A DNA stretch of 19,478 nucleotides from Deinococcus radiodurans R1 = ATCC 13939 = DSM 20539. Lineage in GTDB: Bacteria > Deinococcota > Deinococci > Deinococcales > Deinococcaceae. Positions within the stretch are counted from its first letter, which is position 1. The number at the start of each line of letters is the position of its first letter. The stretch lies in the NCBI RefSeq assembly GCF_000008565.1, contig NC_001263.1, positions 626,297-645,774 on the forward strand, read 5' to 3'. The position numbers and the translations under genes are program-made. Of the stretch, positions 9,499 to 19,478 are shown in pieces. The notes below the pieces were generated by a model. That model did not search any database and had not been told where the DNA came from. It was given only the letters and a program-made list of their open reading frames with translations.

Positions 9499-10461
9499 TC
9501 ACGGAATGGGCGTCTCGTCCAGCAGGCGCCGAATCACGTCGCCGGGCCGCGCCGCCGGGTCGCGCAGGACCAGTCGGTGCGAGGCGAGCGCGGGAAAGAC
9601 CGCCTGCACGTCCTCGGGCAGCACCATGTCGCGCCCGGCGAGGTACGCCCAGGCCCGCGCCGCCGCGAGCAGCGCCAGCAGCGCGCGCGGGCTCAGGCCG
9701 CTGGCGATGGCCGGCTGCTCACGGGTCGCGCGGGCGAGCAGTTGCAGGTAGTCGAGCAGCGCGGGGGCGGCGTGCACGGCGTCCACCTCGGCCTGTGCCC
9801 GCAGCAGCAACGGCGCGTCCAGCACGGCGGGTAGCTCGCGCACGCTCTGGCCGCGCCCGCCCGTTTCCAGCAGTGTGCGCTCGGCGCGGGCGTCGGGATA
9901 ACCGAGGGTGACGGTCATCAAAAAGCGGTCGAGTTGCGCTTCCGGCAGCGGCGAGGTGCCCACGAACGCCGCCGGGTTCTGGGTCGCAATCACGAAAAAG
10001 GGGTCGGGCAGCGGCCTCGTCACGCCGCCTTCGGACACCTGCCGCTCCTCCATCGCTTCGAGCAGGGCGCCCTGGGTGCGCGGGGTCGCGCGGTTGATTT
10101 CGTCGGCGAGCAGCAGCTCGGAAAAAATCGGCCCCGGCTGATAGCGAAAGGTGCTGCTCGCGGCGTCCCAGATGCTCACGCCCAGCAGGTCGGCGGGCAG
10201 CAGGTCGGACGTGAACTGCACCCGCCTGAACCCCAGCCCCAGCGTGCGGGCGAGCGCCTGCGCCAGCGTCGTCTTGCCCACGCCGGGCTGGTCCTCGATG
10301 AGCAGGTGCCCCCGCGCCAGCAGGCAGGCCACCGCGAGGCGCAGTTGGGTGGGCTTGCCAAGAATCACCTGGTCGAGTTGCTCCAGTGCCCGGTGCATCA
10401 CCTGACTGGCCGCGCTGCCGTTTGGCGAGGAAACAGAAAACGTCGTGGGAGCGGTCGCCAT
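9499..10461 (-). CDS. MoxR-family AAA+ ATPase
   Basis: Walker A in GHLLIEDQPGVGKTTLAQALA; Walker B in LLADEINRATPRTQGALLEAMEE. The block QFTSDLLPADLLG is typical of MoxR/RavA-type AAA_3 proteins. 320 aa. The stop is 10 nt before the next gene's start. Confidence 0.93.
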   Translation of the reverse strand: MATAPTTFSVSSPNGSAASQVMHRALEQLDQVILGKPTQLRLAVACLLARGHLLIEDQPGVGKTTLAQALARTLGLGFRRVQFTSDLLPADLLGVSIWDAASSTFRYQPGPIFSELLLADEINRATPRTQGALLEAMEERQVSEGGVTRPLPDPFFVIATQNPAAFVGTSPLPEAQLDRFLMTVTLGYPDARAERTLLETGGRGQSVRELPAVLDAPLLLRAQAEVDAVHAAPALLDYLQLLARATREQPAIASGLSPRALLALLAAARAWAYLAGRDMVLPEDVQAVFPALASHRLVLRDPAARPGDVIRRLLDETPIP

Positions 10462-10467
10462 GCCCTC

Positions 10468-10473
10468 AGCCTA
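10468..10473 (-). promoter_or_regulatory. -10 hexamer TAGGCT, 6 nt upstream of the moxR ATG (leaderless-type)
   Basis: The minus strand reads TAGGCT-gagggc-ATG (ATG = complement of 10459-10461). Confidence 0.4.
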
Positions 10474-10595
10474 CGGGCGCCGCTCTGACAGAACTGGGAC
10501 GTAGTGCCGAAAAAATGGGCCAGGAAGACCGGGGAAACAGGGCCGCGCGCTGGGCCGCTGGCAGGAGCTGTCATCCCTCCATCAGCCGCTGCGGG

Positions 10596-10601
10596 TAAGC
10601 T
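10596..10601 (+). promoter_or_regulatory. -10 hexamer TAAGCT, 6 nt upstream of the ATG at 10608 (leaderless-type)
   Basis: TAAGCT-gctggc-ATG. Divergent from the moxR -10 element, 123 nt away. Confidence 0.4.
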
Positions 10602-10607
10602 GCTGGC

Positions 10608-11102
10608 ATGTCCCCTCGTGCGTTGCCGGGCCTCGTGGCCTGCCTGTTTGCCGGTTCCCTCTCTGCCGCCTGCGCCCAGTCCGGCGACCGCCCACTGTTC
10701 GTGCAGCCGCCCCAGATGCAGGGGGCCCCGGCCACGCCCGCCGCCAGCACGCCCATGTGGACGCCGCCCGCGCAGGCCGCCCCGGCTCAGCCCGCGCCCG
10801 TGCGTCCCGCTGCGGCAGCACCCGTCCGGCCCCTCCCTGCCCAGGCCGCGCCGGTCTCACCCGCGTCTGTTCCCCTTACGCCAGGGGTGCGCCCAGGGGC
10901 GAGCAGTCGCCCCGGCGTAACGCCGCGCGCGCTTCCCGCGTCGGGCCCGCGCCCGGCAGCGACGGCGACCCAGGCCCAGACCGCCGCGCCGCTCAAACTC
11001 CAGTTGATGCCCGTGTGGACTGGGCAGTTCATGGTGCGCCCGCGCGAGCTTGCGCCGTTCAATCCGTTGGGGCTGCCACAAGGCGCCGTGTCCCTCCGCT
11101 GA
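10608..11102 (+). CDS. Secreted (possibly lipid-anchored) Pro/Ala-rich low-complexity protein, unknown function
   Basis: The signal peptide MSPRALPGLVACLFAGSLSAACAQS has an A-x-A or weak lipobox site. A P/A/Q-rich region of about 110 aa follows, with reiterated AP(V)RP-like units. The C-terminal block is non-repetitive: LKLQLMPVWTGQFMVRPRELAPFNPLGLPQGAVSLR. GC-rich third codon positions. Confidence is reduced because high-GC DNA readily produces P/A-rich ORFs. Confidence 0.6.
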   Translation: MSPRALPGLVACLFAGSLSAACAQSGDRPLFVQPPQMQGAPATPAASTPMWTPPAQAAPAQPAPVRPAAAAPVRPLPAQAAPVSPASVPLTPGVRPGASSRPGVTPRALPASGPRPAATATQAQTAAPLKLQLMPVWTGQFMVRPRELAPFNPLGLPQGAVSLR

Positions 11103-11145
11103 GCGTGTTCTAGGGTTGACGTTCAGACAGGCTGCCCCACCCCGC

Positions 11146-11151
11146 TAGCCT
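11146..11151 (+). promoter_or_regulatory. -10 hexamer TAGCCT, 6 nt upstream of the aminotransferase ATG (leaderless-type)
   Basis: TAGCCT-gccccc-ATG (11158). The spacer is identical to the one at rlmH. Confidence 0.4.
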
Positions 11152-11157
11152 GCCCCC

Positions 11158-12324
11158 ATGACCTCTCCTTTCCGCCTCTCCGCCCGCGCCCAGAGCCTCA
11201 AGCCGTCTGCGACAGTGGCGGTCACGTCCCGCGCCCTGGAACTCCAGCGTCAGGGCCTGGACGTGATTTCCATGAGCGTGGGCGAGCCGGATTTCGACAC
11301 GCCGCCACATGTCAAGGCCGCCGGCATCGCCGCCATCGAGGAAGGCAAGACCAAATACACCCCGGTCAGCGGCATTCCCGAACTGCGCGAGGCCATCAGC
11401 GCCAAGTTTCGGCGCGAAAACGGCCTGGACTACGCGCCGAACGCCGTGACGGTAACGAGCGGCGGTAAACAGGCGCTGTTCAACGCCTTTTTCGCGTTGC
11501 TGAACCCCGGCGACGAGGTGCTGATTCCCGCGCCCCACTGGGTCAGCTACCCCGAAATGGTCGCGCTGACCGGCGCGGTGCCGGTAACCGTACCCACTAC
11601 GCCGCAGCAGGGCTTTCAACTCGACCCGGACGCCCTCGCCGCCGCCATCACGCCGCGCACCCGCATGGTGATTCTCAACAGCCCCGGCAACCCGACGGGC
11701 GCGGTGTTTCCGCCGGAAACCTTGCGGGCGGTGGCCGACCTCGCCACGCAGCACGGCTTGATGATCGTCACCGACGAAATCTACGAGCACCTCGTCTACG
11801 ACGCCGAGCAGGTCAGCATCGGCACCTACGCGCCGGAGCACACCCTGACCATCAATGGCGCGAGCAAAGCGTATGCCATGACCGGCTGGCGCATCGGCTA
11901 CGCGGGCGGGCCGCGCGAGGTGATTGCCGCCATGAACGCGCTGCAATCGCAAAGCACCAGCAACGCCAGCAGCGTCAGCCAGTACGCCGCCCTCGCCGCG
12001 CTGGAACAGCACGAGGAAACCATGCGCTTCATCGACAGGGCCCGCACCGCCTACCGCGAACGGCGCGACCGCATCGTGGCGGGCCTCAACGCGCTGGGGT
12101 TGCCCACGCCCACGCCGCAAGGGGCCTTTTACGTGATGGCCGACACCCGCGCCATTCACACCGACGAACTCGAAGCCGCCCGCATCATTCTGGATGAGGC
12201 GCAGGTCGCCGTCGTGCCCGGCACCGATTTCGCCGCGCCGGGACAGGTGCGCCTGAGCTACGCGACCAGCATGGACAACATCGAGGAAGTGCTGCGGCGG
12301 CTGGAAGGGGTCGTGCGGCGCTAA
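11158..12324 (+). CDS. aspC: Class I PLP-dependent aminotransferase, aspartate aminotransferase type
   Basis: 388 aa. Contains SVGEPDFDTP, the NPGNPTG block, and the PLP-lysine motif SKAYAMTGWRIGY, as in Thermus/Bacillus-type AspAT. The symbol is given by family analogy. Substrate specificity is not provable from sequence alone. Confidence 0.92.
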   Translation: MTSPFRLSARAQSLKPSATVAVTSRALELQRQGLDVISMSVGEPDFDTPPHVKAAGIAAIEEGKTKYTPVSGIPELREAISAKFRRENGLDYAPNAVTVTSGGKQALFNAFFALLNPGDEVLIPAPHWVSYPEMVALTGAVPVTVPTTPQQGFQLDPDALAAAITPRTRMVILNSPGNPTGAVFPPETLRAVADLATQHGLMIVTDEIYEHLVYDAEQVSIGTYAPEHTLTINGASKAYAMTGWRIGYAGGPREVIAAMNALQSQSTSNASSVSQYAALAALEQHEETMRFIDRARTAYRERRDRIVAGLNALGLPTPTPQGAFYVMADTRAIHTDELEAARIILDEAQVAVVPGTDFAAPGQVRLSYATSMDNIEEVLRRLEGVVRR

Positions 12325-12327
12325 ACT
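12322..12327 (+). promoter_or_regulatory. -10-like hexamer TAAACT, 6 nt upstream of the ATG at 12334; overlaps the aspC stop codon
   Basis: TAAACT-taaggg-ATG. The AAGGG abuts the ATG, so it is too close to act as an SD. Confidence 0.3.
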
Positions 12328-12333
12328 TAAGGG

Positions 12334-12537
12334 ATGAGTCCACGATTTCAGCGGTATGCGTGGCGTTCCCTGCCGGTGCTGGGGCTGCTGCTGGCCCTCG
12401 TGCTGGTGCTGAACTGGCTGGGCGAGGCCACCAAGACTGAGTGGCTGCACGTGGATTTCGGGCTGGCGCTGACCATCTTCGCCATCAATTTTGCCCTCCG
12501 CTGGTGGACCCGCACCGACCCTGGACGGCGCGAATGA
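12334..12537 (+). CDS. Small membrane protein (67 aa, two predicted TM helices)
   Basis: MSPRFQRYAWRSLPVLGLLLALVLVLNWLGEATKTEWLHVDFGLALTIFAINFALRWWTRTDPGRRE has two hydrophobic helices with flanking basic residues and GC-rich third positions. Its TGA (12535-12537) overlaps the ATG (12534-12536) of the next gene as ATGA. Confidence 0.55.
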   Translation: MSPRFQRYAWRSLPVLGLLLALVLVLNWLGEATKTEWLHVDFGLALTIFAINFALRWWTRTDPGRRE

Positions 12538-13037
12538 AGCTGCTCGCCCTGTCCGGCAGCCTGCGCGCCGACTCAGTGAATACCGCGCTGCTGCGGGCGC
12601 TGGCAGAGGCGGCTCCGGCAGGGGTGGAGGTCTGTTTTTTTGATGGCCTACGCGACCTCCCGCTCTTCAACCCCGACGCTGAGGAGAGGGAAAACGCGGC
12701 GGTAACAGCCTGGCGAGCGGCGCTGCGCGGGGCCGATGCAGTCGTCATCAGTTCCCCCGAGTACGCCCACGGCATCCCCGGCGCGTTCAAGAATGCCCTC
12801 GACTGGGTGGTGGGCAGCGCCGAGTTCGACGGCAAGCCGACGCTGCTGCTCTGTGCCTCGGCTCGTCCGCAACACGCGCCTGCGCAGCTCGCCGAGGTGC
12901 TGCGGACGATGGGCGCGCGGGTGCAGGGGCCGCACCTGCTCGACCTCCCCGGCAACGTCGCGGCGGCGCAGTCGGCCCTGCGAACCCCGGCGCAGCAGGC
13001 TGAAGCCCGTGAGCTGCTGGCGGCGCTCTTGCCCTGA
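12534..13037 (+). CDS. NADPH-dependent FMN reductase family oxidoreductase
   Basis: MKLLALSGSLRADSVNTALLRAL...ADAVVISSPEYAHGIPGAFKNALDWV is the flavodoxin-like FMN_red (PF03358-type) pattern. The start at 12534 is preferred over the track start at 12441, which would overlap the small ORF and add non-homologous sequence. Confidence 0.88.
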   Translation: MKLLALSGSLRADSVNTALLRALAEAAPAGVEVCFFDGLRDLPLFNPDAEERENAAVTAWRAALRGADAVVISSPEYAHGIPGAFKNALDWVVGSAEFDGKPTLLLCASARPQHAPAQLAEVLRTMGARVQGPHLLDLPGNVAAAQSALRTPAQQAEARELLAALLP

Positions 13038-13079
13038 GCGGGGAACTTTTGCCCGCTGCCGGGCGTATTCCGTCCCGAG

Positions 13080-13844
<765 letters not shown>

Positions 13845-13855
13845 GTAGCAAGAAG

Positions 13856-13895
13856 GGGGGAGGCCAGGGCAACCGCTCCGGCCTCTTTTCCTTTT
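13856..13895 (+). terminator. Rho-independent terminator after the AIM24 gene
   Basis: GAGGCC (13860-13865) pairs with GGCCTC (13880-13885), plus extra GG/CC pairs. It is followed by TTTTCCTTTT (13886-13895). Confidence 0.65.
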
Positions 13896-13939
13896 GCCGT
13901 CTCCAGCCCACGCAGGACCGCCGCCCGGACTCACGCTGC

Positions 13940-13945
13940 TACACT
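13940..13945 (+). promoter_or_regulatory. -10 hexamer TACACT, 8 nt upstream of the murG ATG (leaderless-type)
   Basis: TACACT-cccagacg-ATG (13954). No SD. Lies just downstream of the terminator at 13856-13895. Confidence 0.35.
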
Positions 13946-13953
13946 CCCAGACG

Positions 13954-15127
13954 ATGAGTCTGGTGGTTATGGCAACAGGGGGGACGGGTGGTCACATTTA
14001 CCCCGCCGTCGCCACCGCGAAAGAACTCCGGGGGCGTGGGTACGAAGTCGCGCTGATGGGGCAAAAGGGCGGCATGGAAGAAGGCATCGCCGAGCGTGAG
14101 GGCCTGACGTTTTACGGTGTGGACGCGGGCAAGCTCGCCCGCAGCGGTCAGGGCCGCCCCGACCCCCGGCAACTCTTGAAGGCAGGGCAGGGCCTCGCGC
14201 AGGCGCGGCGCACCCTGGCGGGCCTGAACCCGGCGGCGGTCGTCGGTTACGGCGGCTTCGCCAGCTTGCCCGGCGTCCTCGCGGCGCAGAGCCTCGGGAT
14301 TCCCACCATCCTGCACGAGCAAAATGCCCGGCTCGGCCTCACGCAGCGCCTCGCCGTGCGCCGCGCCCGCGCTGTGGGCACCGCCTACGACAAGGTGATC
14401 GGCCTCGACCCGCGCAAGGCCACCCTGGTCGGGATGCCGGTGCGCGAGGAACGGATGCCCCGCGCCGAAGCCCTGGCCGCACTCGGCCTGCGCGACGGGC
14501 CGATCACGATCATGGTGATGGGCGGCTCGCAGGGGTCGCTCTACCTCAACCAGCAGGTGCCGGGTATTCTCTGGCGGCTCTTTGGCAAGGTCGGCAAACT
14601 GCGCGGCAAGGGCGACAGCGTGCCGCCTATCGACCTCGACCTGCGCGGCCCGCACCTTATCGAAAACGCGCGCAGCCGTGAGGTGCAGGTGCTGCACGCC
14701 ACCGGCCCCCGCTGGCTGGCAGAGGTGCAGCCCAAAGTCGAAAACCTGCCCTGGTACCACGTTACCGGCTACGTGGACGCGGTGGCGGCGTGGTCAGTCG
14801 CCGACCTCGGCATCACCCGCGCCGGCACCGGCACGCTCGCCGAGGCCGCCTTTCACGGCGTGCCGCTCGTCATGGTGCCGCTGCCCGAATCCGCCGAGAA
14901 CCACCAGTACCACAACGCCGTCGCCGTGGAGCAGGCCGGGGCGGGCCGGGTCGTGGAGCAGAAGGTCTTGCCCGAGACCCTGGAAAAGGTGGTGTTAGAG
15001 TGTGCCGCACCGGGCAAGCGCGCGGCCATGCGTGACGCTGCCCAGAAACGCGCCCGTCCCGGCGCCGCCGCCCGCTTCGCCGACCTGATCGAAGTCCAGC
15101 TTCGCCGCGCGCCTTCCCCGACTGCCC

Positions 15128-15150
<23 letters not shown>
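13954..15150 (+). CDS. murG: UDP-N-acetylglucosamine--N-acetylmuramyl-(pentapeptide) pyrophosphoryl-undecaprenol N-acetylglucosamine transferase
   Basis: MSLVVMATGGTGGHIYPAVATAKEL is the G-loop 1 motif. Also present: GGFASLPGVLAA, MGGSQGS, RAGTGTLAEAAFHGVPLVMVPLP and the HQYHNA motif. The start is set at the ATG at 13954 rather than the track start at 13894. Confidence 0.93.
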
Positions 15151-17445
<2,295 letters not shown>

Positions 17446-17481
17446 TGCCCCAGCAAAGATCCCAGGCAAAGACACGGCCAA

Positions 17482-17514
17482 AGGGAGGCGCCCGGACAGG
17501 TGCCCTCCCTTTTC
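17482..17514 (+). terminator. Rho-independent terminator between murB and ftsQ
   Basis: GGGAGGCGCC (17482-17491) pairs with GGTGcCCTCCC (17498-17508), with one bulge and a 6-nt loop. It is followed by TTTTCGCTGTT. Confidence 0.55.
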
Positions 17515-17566
17515 GCTGTTCCCTGCGGCACAATGACGGCGTGAACCGACCGATGAGGGGCCGCCC

Positions 17567-19478
<1,912 letters not shown>

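Noticed and set aside
13037-13057. Short hairpin AGCGGG-N9-CCCGCT after the FMN reductase stop
   Set aside because: It has only 6 bp, a 9-nt loop and no following T-tract, so it is not convincing as an intrinsic terminator.

Overview
This is a high-GC (roughly two-thirds G+C by eye), gene-dense bacterial chromosomal segment. I can support 17 protein-coding genes, and two of them run off the window edges. Gene content and signal architecture look Deinococcus-like (possibly D. radiodurans or a close relative), but I cannot verify that without a search.

Left to right:
- a truncated YqcI/YcgG-like gene (-), divergent from a LysR-family regulator (+)
- a monocistronic Roadblock/LC7 gene (+)
- a large M16C (PreP-like) zinc metalloprotease (+)
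- an orphan lipoprotein (+)
- a minus-strand block: MoxR AAA+ ATPase, then a 987-aa DUF58::transglutaminase (TgpA-like) fusion, then rlmH
- a Pro/Ala-rich secreted protein (+)
- a class I aspartate aminotransferase (+)
- a small 2-TM ORF translationally coupled to an NADPH-dependent FMN reductase (+)
- an AIM24-family gene (+)
- a truncated dcw cluster: murG-murC-murB, a terminator, then ftsQ-ftsA (+)

I found no tRNA or rRNA genes, CRISPR arrays, transposases, integrases or recognisable defence genes. The window reads as core genome rather than an accessory island.

The most system-like and least understood element is the MoxR / DUF58::TgpA module, with its divergent secreted partner. The most striking sequence-level pattern is a TANNNT -10 hexamer sitting 6-8 nt upstream of the start codon of most operon-leading genes, which implies leaderless mRNAs. 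All other long ORFs in the six-frame track are antisense or off-frame shadows typical of high-GC DNA.
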